Shown one piece after another: positions 12,401-24,400 of a stretch of DNA of 64,000 nucleotides; within the stretch, counting starts at the first letter, position 1; each line of letters begins with the position of its first letter. The DNA comes from Octopus sinensis (lineage: Eukaryota). Below the pieces are notes generated by a model. The model made no database searches and was not told the DNA's origin. It saw only the letters and a program-made list of their open reading frames with translations. The stretch lies in assembly GCF_006345805.1 (NCBI RefSeq), contig NC_043015.1, positions 39,432,001 to 39,496,000 on the forward strand. Direction: 5' to 3'. A program made the position numbers and the translations under genes.

Positions 12401-14439
12401 TTCATGTGGCCCACTTCTTGATGATGAGCCATATTTCATATGGCCCACTTCTTGATGACAAGAAATTTTTTGATGGCCCACTTCTCGTAAAAGGTTGTTC
12501 ATGCCTGATCTATACAGTTATTTGACTTACTAGATATAGGAACCAAACCAACCTCAAATCATAACATGCCAGTTTTTAAAAAGAACACAATTTAATCAGT
12601 GGTAAATTATACCTAAAACTATACAAGATAGTCATGGTTGGATTGCTTATAACCCTGCTCATCGAGTGATTCACCACCCTTGCTTTGCCTCCTAAGTCTC
12701 TGGTGTTGTAATAATGGATTACATTTTTCTAGACACACCATGGCCTGTTTATTCTTCCTGAACTGATGTTTTTACTCCTGTCTCACAACAGAATGACTTA
12801 GCAGTTTTTAAAAGCCAAACACCCACCTTTGTTGTTCTGTTGTTATTATTAGTGTTGTTGTTGTCGCTGTTGCCATGGCTGTTGCTATCTGTCAATTAGT
12901 GTTTTACACAGATAATGCTGTCTAAATTAACCTTTATACTTTAATTAATTCTAATAATAAAGTGATTCTTGTTATTTCGTTGAAATATTTTCTCGTTGTT
13001 AGACACTAAGTGTAATGCTTTATTACAAACCTCATTATTATCACTTGTAATAGATATACTACTACTACTTCTATGACGACTACTACCGTAACATGACTAT
13101 AGTATTACCTCTGTTATTCTACTATACTACTGTGGAGTATTACTATTATGATAAAGACTGCATTCATGACCTAAAGACTTAAAAAATAATTTTTGTAACT
13201 AAACACTTTCAAACTTCAGACACTGGTAGAATGTGTCATATAAAACATCTTTTACTCTTAGCATTTTTGAGAAAAAACTTATATTTACAAAGTTATTTCG
13301 TGTTAAAGTTGTCCTATTTCGGTAATTTCAACCAATCAATGACGTGTATTCAGTTGAATAAAATTACTGCCGTTGTTTATCAACAACAACTTCCGGCGGT
13401 GTATTTTTCGTTTGTCACTGTTATTTATGACATCATTCATGTGTTTGTACTGGTTTTAAGATGTTAGGGTTTGGGTGTTAGGGTTAGGGTTTTGGGGTTA
13501 GAGTTAGAATAGAGGTTTTAGGGTTAGGGTTAGGGTTTCAGGGTTAGGGTTGTCATAAATAACAGTGACAAACGAAATATACACCACTGGAAGTTCTTGT
13601 TGACAAACAACGGCAGTAATTTTATTCAGCTGAATAAATGGGTTTCCCAAAGTAAAAGAAGGCGTGGCTGGCGGAGAACAATAACAAAAGATCTTAAAAG
13701 CAGAGGGTTAACAAAGGAACACGCAGTCAAGGACGCTTTCAGTGTTAGAAGGTGGAATGATCTTGCTGTTGCTTTAAGTGCCACAAAGCACAAATGAATG
13801 AATGAATTTATAGTAGGATGTAGTATATTTACTATGTATAGTACTGCTGCCATACTATAAGTACTACTACATTATGTTAACCTTTTAGCATTTGAACTGG
13901 CCATAGCAGGCCCAGATATTCTCTCCGTTTTATGTGCAAACTGACCAAGTCAGGCCTCTCACACCTACCCTACAATGCCATTCTAAAAGAAATGATATGA
14001 TTGAAATCTCAAAGCTATGGGATAATGCATGATTAGTTTGAGACATTGTGAATAAACAAACATCACATTTGAGGGAGTAAACTGAATGTTAAGGGATCAG
14101 TGCTATAATCTGAATGCTAAAGGGTCATACGCTTGTAGTTGGAGAAAAGATAAAAGAGGCACCTGCCCCAAAAGTCAGGGTACCCATGGTTTTTGTGGGG
14201 TTTTTCCATGAGTAGCCCTCAATCGTCTCCTCTCTATTAAAGACAACTCTTTTACTTGTTTCAGTCATCTGACTGTGGCCATGCTGGAGCACCGCCTTTA
14301 GTCAAGCAAACCGACCCCAGGACCTATTCTTTGTAAGCCTAGTACTTATTCTATCGGTCTCTTTTGCCGAACCGCCAAGTTACGAGGACGTAAACATACC
14401 AGCATCGGATGTCAGGTGATCTTGGGGAGAAAAAGACAG

Positions 14440-14488
<49 letters not shown>

Positions 14489-14702
14489 ATACATACGACA
14501 GGCTTCTTTCAGTTTCTGTCTACCAAATCTACTCATAAGGCTTTGGTCAGCCTGAGGCTATAGTAGAAGACACTTCCCCAAAGTGCCCTGCAGTGGGACT
14601 GAACCAGGAACCATGTCGTTGATAAGCAAGCTACTTACCACACAGCCCCTCCTGTTGAACTTTATTTTTCATTATGTTAGCCTTGTTTACATGCTCCTCA
14701 CA

Positions 14703-14734
<32 letters not shown>

Positions 14735-15051
14735 TCTTTGCTTTGTCCTGTGCTGTCCATAATACCTTTTTTCTTAATGTAAACCCTTGTGGTCAATAAA
14801 ATAATTACTATTAACCATTTGCACACCAGACGAAATGCTTAGTGGTATTTTGCCCGTAACTATGTTCTGAGTTCAAATTCCGCCAGGATTGACTTTGGGT
14901 TGATAAATTAATTACCACTCAAGTACTGGGGTCGATATGATTGACTATCTCCCTCACCTCAAAAAAATTCCAGGCTTTGTGCCTATAGTAGAAAGGATTA
15001 TTATTATCATTATTATTATTATTTTGGCCTTTTGTCAAAATTTGAAACCAC

Positions 15052-15094
<43 letters not shown>

Positions 15095-18000
15095 GTTGTT
15101 GTTATTTCTCCCCAGGATGAATTAGAAAATGCTGACTTCTGGCCATTTATAAAACAGGTGAAATGGCTTGACCCTGTCTTAGGTCCATTCATTGAAGGCA
15201 TCCAGCGTATGTCCCCTAATCCTGAAGGTCTCTCTAAGGGCCACATATGGTTATGTCAGAGTCTACACCAACACATTACCTCCAGCCAACTGAAGACGTT
15301 GCTAAGCAACTCGGAAAACCTATTACAGTTTTATTATTGTAAGTATTTCATAACAACTTTTTAAAATTTTTATTTATTTATTTCTAACTAGCAGTATCGC
15401 CCGGCGTTGCTCGGGTTTGTAAGGGAAATAACTATATAAGCATTTTTAGAGAGTTATAGCCAAAAAATAGAAAAAAATGCATTAAAAATGGAAAAAAAAT
15501 TATGGTAAATTTTTTTTAAATCGGCTACTCATCGTAGACATTTTTAGAGAGTTATTTCCCTTATATAATAGCGAAAAAAATGCATTAAAATGGAAAAAAA
15601 TGATGGTAAATTTTTTTTAAATCGTAGACTCATCGTAGACGCGCACTAATACCCAGAAGGGCTCGATATGAATCATGACTATAAGATACCCGGTTTTGGT
15701 TACACTGCACCGCAAAATGTGGGAGTAGTTAGGAATCTAAATCGTAGGAGACAGACACACAACCTCTCTTTTATATATAAAGAGGTAAAATTTTTTAAAT
15801 CGTAGACTCATCGTAACACGTGCTAATACCCAGAATGGCTCGATATGAATCACGACTATAAGATACCCGGTTTTGGTTACACTGCACCGCAAAATGTGGG
15901 AGTAGTTAGGAATCTAAATCGTAGGAGACACAGCACACAACCTCTCTTTTATATATAAAGATTTTACAATAACCATTTGTGAAATATTTTTTGTTGTACA
16001 ACTACGATGATAAGTACTTCACAGACTGCTTAAACACTTAGTAACGCGAAACAATTATGGTATTTATTTACTAGGAAATCCTTATGAAATAAGAAGTATT
16101 TCACAATAAATATTCTTGTTTTTCATAATAATAATAATAATAACGGTGAAGGGATTTCCCAATAGTTATTTTGGTACTTTACCAAAAACTAATTCTGGTG
16201 ATAATTATTTTGTTGTTTTATTTTATCAATAATTGCTTTTGTCCTCATCATTATAATTATCGTTGTTTTCACCATTATCATCAAAGTTGTCATCAGTGTC
16301 ATCACCAAACATTGCTGTCATCATCAATATAATTAATTAGTCATTTCTCGTTCATCTTACTGGGTTTAGTTTTCTGATAAATTCTAAACCTGTTATTACT
16401 TTCTATAAATTCCAAAGGCTGCAGATGGCCATGTCTACCTTAGCACTAATTCAGTTTGTCTACAGACCATAACTTTCTGGTCCGGGACTGTTTCTCATAT
16501 CAACAAGGAGTTACTTTACAATCGAAAGAAAGTAAGTCTTAACGATCTTCTTCAGCTTATTGTAAATAGGTGATTTAACCCCAGGTCGTCTCGGATCAGG
16601 CAGTCTTATGATCACAGATATTCCAACCGTGACCATCCTGTCTTTGACATCTATCTAGAACTACATTATCCAGTGTGTCCTTCCCATTTTAAGGTGGTAG
16701 AATGAGATTTGAGAAATATTTGGTTGTTATTTCCACATGTGGCATCTTTTTTATCTGTTGTCTTTTACTTGTTTCAGTCATTATTGTGGCCATGCTGGAG
16801 CACCACCTTTTATCAGCGTTTCTCTCTCATTTGCTACTTTGGTCCCTATTTCACTCGGGTGGACCCTCTTAGCCATTCGATGTTTAAAAAATTCCTCGTT
16901 GTCCACCACATTGCTTTCGCCAACCCTGAAGGGGAGCTGGGGCAATTGCTTCGAAGATGAATTCTCCTGGTTGACGATGTGTGTGTGTGTGTGTGTGTGT
17001 GAATATAAGTGCGCATATATAGATTTGTGTGTGTATGTGCTGCTAGTATTTATATATATCAGTGTAGACATGTGTTGTGCACATATTTGTATGCATGTAC
17101 ACGACCGAGAACATGTGTGCACATATCTTAGTAAATGTGTGTGCATGAATGTATGGTCTCTCTCTCTCTATATGTATCTGTATGTATCTATGCGTGTATG
17201 TGTGCATGTGTGTATATATATATTTCTAAGATTAAACATTATTAGGAATTGTATAAGAAAATTTGTTAAAACATTTTTTTATGTTGTGGAAGTGTAAACA
17301 ATTTATCTCTTATTATAATAGCAGATAAATTTGAACAATAAAATCTTATGTGGACCCCTTCCCCCAGGGGCCATGTGGACCCTGGTTGAGACCCTTTCGT
17401 TACCGTATTTATTTTGAGATGCTCTGTTTTTGTCTCAATTATTTTAAATATGTGGAGGCGCAATGGCCCAGTGGTTAGGGCAGCGGACTCGCAGTTTCGA
17501 TTCCCAGACCGCGCGTTGTGTGTGTATATTGAGCGAAAACATCTAAAGTTCCATGAGGCTCTGGCAGTGGGTTGTGGTGACCCCTGTTGTACTCTTTCGT
17601 CCCAACTTTCTCTCACCCTCTCTTCCTGTTTCTTGAGTAACACTGCGATGGACTGGCGTCCTGTCCAGCTGGGGAGGGGGGGCACATATGCCACAGAAAC
17701 CGGGAAACCGGGCCCATGAGCCTGGCTAGGCTTGCAAAGGGCGCATAAATATAAAAATAAAAAATTTTAAATATAGAAAAGAATTTAGTAAAATAACTTC
17801 GTTATCATTTAGCTTGTGTTAGGAACATAAATTGTGACTAAGGTTTGGTGGAAGATTTTAATTCAAAACTTATGAAAACAAGACATTTGGACTACAGAGC
17901 CAGAGGTGGTTTCAACTGGGTTGGTAACGAAAGGTTTAAACATTATTAGGGATTGTATAAAAAAATTTGTTAAAACATTTTTATGTTGTGGAAGAATAAG

Positions 18001-21000
18001 CAATTTATAGCAGATAAATTTGAACAACAAAATCTTATGTGGACCCCTTCCTCTAGGGGCCATGTGAACCCTGGTTGAGAACTGCTGAATCAGATGATAC
18101 TGTAGGGCACTGCCCATGGGGTAATAATGGACAAACTGTAGACAGGGACGTCACTGCAGGCTAGCTAGTGATCTGATCCTCAGAGAAGGGACTTCCGTTT
18201 AGGCAGGAAAAGGGTCTGGGGATTCAGATGGCTGACCCTACTCGCTCTCAATGTGTGTCGCTGACTAAACTGAAATAAACAATGTACCGGGCACACTCTT
18301 GTTCTGGATTATTTTTTATGTATAGATTAACTAAGCTGTAATACCGTAAGTGCGTAGTTCATGTGCGTAACTTTTTAATGTATCGAACAAATATTATTTC
18401 ACCTGTCCCCCCCACACACACAATCACAAAGTAGAATGAGTTCAATAACAGTATCAATAAATCGTATTCTCGATCGTGTCCATCTGTTGTCTTCTGTGAC
18501 GTCCACAATCGTCACATCTGATCTCTTAACTTCTTGTCATTCCTTCAGGTTTCATCTCCCACACCGTCCCCCCACCCACCCACTGTGACCAGTCACTGCA
18601 CCCCCCTCCCACAGACCACCAGTACTCAGTATGTATTTGCTTAGTTGTGCTCATTCAGGTTAACCTCGTTCAGTCGTTACATATTAAACAATAATTTCCT
18701 CTCAGACCAAGGAGACGACGCCCTCTTTGAGTTTTTCTTATTGTCAGGTTTTGACCAGTAGACTTTAGTTGTTGTTTGTTGTGAGATTAGTGATGTAGGA
18801 TAATGGAGGGTAGGTTGGGGGTGGGTACCTAGGACTGGTTAGTTGGTTGACGGGAATTGGTAGATCACAAAGACAGTTTCTGTTCCTTGTTATGGAACTG
18901 TTATCCCTAAGGGTCACTCCTCTTTATCCTCCATTTTGCATCCCACACACTGACCTGCGTCAACGACAATTAATCTCTCACTAATTATATTCACTAATTC
19001 CTTTATCCCAGCTAGTGGGAGTGATTTGCTGTTCCTCTCCCTTCTGGGAATAATAATAATTAGAATAATTGTTTCTAACTTTGAAACAAGGCCAGCAATT
19101 CTGAATGCAGGGCCCAAGTCAATTACATTGATCCCAGTATTTGACTGGTACAGTGGAACCTCAGTTTAGAATTTAATTCATTTCCGAAGGATGTTCATCA
19201 CCTGAAGTGTTTGTTCATAAACCCAAACTATTTTACCCCGTTGAAAAATCAAAAGAACCCACAGCAAATCCAAACAGCAACTGATGCTTTTCCTTTTGAT
19301 ACTCCCAGTTTGGTGCCAACTGTTGTTGCTGGCATGCGTGTTTGTCACTTGAGACGTTTTGTATTCAAAAAATTGTTTGTAAACCTATTTGTTCATGATT
19401 AGGGGCATCTGTAAATTGAGCTTCCATTATACTTAAATTTATCTATCCCAGAGGAATGAAAAGTAAAGTGGACCACAGCAGGATTTGAACCTATGATGTA
19501 ATGAACTGGAAGAAATACTGCCAGGCATTTTGTTTAACGCTGTAACACTTCTGCCGACACACAGCCTTTGTTTCAAATTATGGTACAAGGCCAGCAATCT
19601 TAAGGAAGAGGGGTCAGTGAATTACATGGACCCTAGTACTTGATTGGTGTTTATTTAAACAACCCCAAGAGAGTGAACAGCTAAGTTGACTTTGGCAAGA
19701 TTTGAACTTAGAATGTTAAGTGTCAGTTGAAATGCCATAATGCATTTTGTCCAATACACTGACAAAGCAACCGGATCTGGTTGCCTTTATGGTACCTTTT
19801 GTCGAACTGCTAAGTTACAGGGACGTAAACACACCAACATCGGTTGTCAAGCGATGGTGGGTGGACAAACACAGACACACATACATACATATATATAAAC
19901 GACGGGCTTCTTTCAGTTTTCTGTCTACCAAATCCACTCACAAGGTTTTGGTTGGCCCAAGGCTCTAGTTGAAGACACTTGCCTAAGGTGCCATGCAGTG
20001 GGGACTGAACCCAGAACCATGTGGCTGGTAAGCAAATTACTTACCACACAGCTACTCCTGTCTATTATGAGTATAAAGTATCTCATGTCAAACCAATAAA
20101 GGTCCCTTCCTCCTGCAATGAGCTTCTGTAAATTCTTGCATTTAACCCTTAAAAAAAGTCACAACCAAATAATTCTATTTCTCTAATCTGTGATCAAATT
20201 CTAAGAAGAATTTGTCAATTTTTGGGAAGTTTACCTGTTATCAGAGTTGGTTCCTACTTGAGGGTGGGTCAGGGTTAGTTAACACTGGATTACAATGTCA
20301 CAAGTTCAAATCTTTCATTTGCCATCAGCCAGACTTAGGTTTATAGTCTGTTCCTAGGCCTGAGCTAAACCATAAATATCATCCTTCATGTTTCCTGGTC
20401 AACAGTTTGATATCGGGCTGCATTGGGTCACTGGTAGCAAACGTATGACCACAGGTGAACTCTTTGCGTGTGTGGCTTTGTATATAAACATGAGTGTATA
20501 TGTGTGTGTCTTCTTGTCTTGAGACAGCATTCACCCGGGGTGGGCTGAGCTGGCTTCATTCATCCTCAATGCTGCATCTCTCACAAACCCCGACCAGGCC
20601 TGGCGATTTGAGGCTAACGACCACGTGATCTCCAACCACTCCTTATTCTAGCGGCGAACGCCGTAGATATGGGGGCCTAGGTTGGGTTCCAGATCAGCCT
20701 TGACTGTCATCAGCCAGGTTTTTCGTTGTCCACCACATCGTTTTCGCCAACCCTGAAGGGGAGCTGGGGCAATTGCTTCGTAGGTTGGGTTCCAGATCAG
20801 CCTTGACTGTCATCAGCCAGGTTTTTCGTTGTTCACCACATCGCTTTCACCAACCCTGAAGGGGAGCTGGGGCAATTGCTTCGTAGGTTGGGTTCCAGAT
20901 CAGCCTTGACTGTTATCAGCCAGGCTTTTCGTTGTTCACCACATTGCTTTCGCCAACCCTGAAGGGGAGCTGGGGCAATTGCTTCGTAGGTTGGGTTCCA

Positions 21001-21368
21001 GATCAGCCTTGACTGTTATCAGCCAGGCTTTTCGTTGTCCACCACATTGCTTTCGCCAACCCTGAAGGGGAGCTGGGGCAATTGCTTCGAAGATGAATTC
21101 TCCTGGTTGACGATGTGTGTGTGTGTGTGTGAATATAAGTGCGCATATATAGATTTGTGTGTGTATGTGCTGCTAGTATTTATATATATCAGTGTAGACA
21201 TGTGTTGTGCACATATTTGTATGCATGTATAAATATGCATGTACACGACCGAGAACATGTGTGCACATATCTTAGTAAATGTGTGTGCATGAATGTGTGG
21301 TCTCTCTCTCTCTATATGTATCTGTATGTATCTATGTGTGTATGTGTGCATGTGTGTATATATATATA

Positions 21369-21421
<53 letters not shown>

Positions 21422-24400
21422 TGTATATTTCTGTGTGCCTTTCTATGTTTTTAGGTATGTGTGTGTGTGTGTGTATATCTATATCTACCTATGCATGTAT
21501 GTGTGTATATGTGTGTGTATATTAACATTTTAATCAATATCCACTAGGTGGCTGCTGTCTGACTGTATGAACAAATGTTAGAGCAAGACGGTGGAATATT
21601 ACCTGAGTTGAGGTGGTGGTAGTGGTGGTGGTGGTGGGTGACGGTGTTGGCGGTGGTGATTGTTGCGTCATGTCAGTAGCAGTTGTGGTAATAGTAGCAG
21701 TGACTGTGATGGTGTTAGTGGTGGTGGTGGTGTGGTGGTTCAGGTAGTGTTGCGTAATGGTGGTGGTGGTGGTGGTGGTAGTGGTGGTTGAAGTAGTGTT
21801 GTGTAATGGTTGTGGTGGTGGTGGTGGTGATATCGGTGATAATCTGATCATTAGACAGGCACAGATATAAATAAATAAATATATAAATAAACAAATAAAT
21901 AAATAGTCTCTACCCCATTCAATGTTGGCAGTTGTTCAGCCGTGTTCCTGGTTTCTCTCTGGTGTTGGTCACCTTTAGGTTGCTGAAATGGTAAGGCTTC
22001 ATACTAAACACACTACTTCTACACACACACACATTCACCAACGCTCAAACAAAATATTCTTCTTTTTTCTTCTTCTGTTCCTACTTAATTTTCTTTTGTT
22101 TTTTTTCTCTTTTTTTCTGCTTTTTCCACCCATAAAATTGTTGTTTGGTACCTATTTAATACAACCTGCTACTTTGGATTGAAGTAGCTTCAAGTATACA
22201 CACCAACTACCGCGTTCTGTGTGTGTGTGTCTGAGATGATCTATTTATAATCTTCACTGTTTGTAAACTTGGTTAATCTCTCATTTAGTGTCCAGTTACC
22301 TTTTCCTTTCCACTGACCGTTGTCTGCACGTGGCTAGACAGTGTAGTTTTAATTTACGCTTATGCTTTCTGAGCTGGAGAAGGGGCCACTTCTTATGACC
22401 TTAGTAGAACTTCTGAGGACTGCGACCTTGATATTGTTAATATTTTTATTTCACCCTTTAGCTTTCAGATTTTTCTGTCAAATGTAATGTTTATTTATTC
22501 ACAATGTTTTGAATTAATCCTGGATTACTTCATAGCTTTGATGATTTCGATGATGTGATTGTTCATTTTTTAGAATGGCATTGTAGGGTAGGTGTGAGAA
22601 GCCTGATCTGGCCAGCTTGGACATAAAGCAGCTACAATATTTTGGGCTGGACACGGCCAGTTTAAATGCTAAAGGGTTAAACCAAAGCAACCAACATTTG
22701 CAGAGATGAGATTCCAGTGGGATTATGTCCTGGGGGAGAAGGATTGGCTCTAGTGATTAATGTGGGCTGGCGAGGAGGTGGAGTTAACAAGGATAACAAG
22801 AGTGGAGAGGCAAATGGGTTGTGGGGCGGGCACTTATGTGGAAGAGGTGAGAGAGCAGCCAGTTCTGTTGTCCTTAATCCCAGCTCAACCCTGAGTAAAC
22901 AGTAGAATCCCTTTTGTAACCATTCCAAGTTTTTTTTTTATGGCCATCCAGGACTATATTATGTAACATATTCTTTCTTTTACAAGAGAGTAACAGTTTG
23001 GTTTAAGGGAGATTTGGTTGCTATTTCTAGCATGTGTGGCCACCAGGGAGCATTTCCTTTGTATTGCAAAATGTATCACATAAATGCTTTTTAATTTTTT
23101 TTCTGTCTGTTTCATATTTTCTATTTCAATAATAAATTTCAACAAACAAATAAATTATAAACAAGGCTGTGTGGTAAGTAGCTTGCTAACCAACCGCATG
23201 GTTCCGGGTTCAGTCCCACTGCGTGGCATCTTGGGCAAGTGTCTTCTACTATAGCCCCGGGCTGACCAATGCCTTGTGAGTGGATTTCGTAGACGGAAAC
23301 TGAAAGAAGCCTGTCGTATATATGTATGTGTGTGTATATGTTTGTGTGTCTGTGTTTGTCCCTCTAGCATTGCTTGACAACCGATGCTGGTGTGTTTACG
23401 TCCCCATCACTTAGGGTTCGGCAAAAGAGACCGATAGAATAAGTACTGGGCTTACAAAGAATAAGTCCTGGGGTTGATTTGCTCGACTAAAGGCGGTGCT
23501 CCAGCATGGCCGCAGTCAAATGACTGAAACAAGTAAAAGAGTAAAGAGTAAAAGAGATACTGAACATGGCTGTGTGGAGTGTCTTCTGCCTCGGGCTAAC
23601 CAAAACCTTGGGTGTGGATTTGGTAGACAGAAACTGAAAGAAGCCTATTGTGTGTGTGTGGCTTAGAGGAGTTAGTAGATTGTGAACCTAGGAGAGGTGG
23701 GCAACTATACAAGAACAGCAACCGTTGTAGTAGCAGTGGGCTCTGTAGTGGAGGGACACAGTTCAAGATGTGATCCTCTCCTATGTCATTTAATTAAACA
23801 GGTTTTCAATTTGTTTTTCTCATATTTTATTTTCTGTTGACTTGGGTTAAAAATTACATTTTTTAATTATATTTTTAATGTTTATTTAATTTCCTTTTCT
23901 TAACATCCATAAAGCCACTTATGCAACTGGCACACACACACACACATACGCACACACACTCACACACATACACACACACACATTGGCAATGCACTGACAC
24001 ACACGCACACACACACTGACCTAAGCAATGTCCACATATTAACTAAATTCCGTGGTTGAGTGACAATGTGACAGCTGTTGGTGTTGATGTTCTTATACAT
24101 CCAATAACGTCTACAACAACAACAACAACTTATATCGAATATTTATCAATCCACTGTTCTGAGACAAACAAAAAAGTGTCAGCTTTTATTGTGACCAGCA
24201 ATAATGTCAGCTGAGAGACAATACCAGTAATTACAGTGGTTAGCGGAGCTATGGAGCATCTATTGAAGTTTGTAGTACTAGCAGTTGAAAAAGGTCAGTA
24301 GACATGACCATAGATAGATCAGCCTCAATTAAGCCGAGAAAGACTTTAATTAATTAATTTTAATTAAATTTATACCTGTACTGAGCAGAAAATTAATAAT

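Noticed and set aside
12262-12487. Regular repeats of about 33 bp resembling CRISPR
   Set aside because: Contiguous units without spacers, eukaryotic intron, no cas genes.
13464-13550. Chromosome end or fusion scar
   Set aside because: Short, degenerate, single orientation and enclosed by inverted arms inside an intron.
16418-16531. Initially taken as the canonical fourth Rubicon exon
   Set aside because: The exon at 26014-26120 matches the RUN-domain end far better; kept only as a low-confidence alternative exon.
20678-21089. CRISPR-like or retrozyme-like array (a CTGATGA occurs on the minus strand of each unit)
   Set aside because: No unique spacers; no GAAA follows the putative helix II; the unit translates as an RTE ORF C-terminus.
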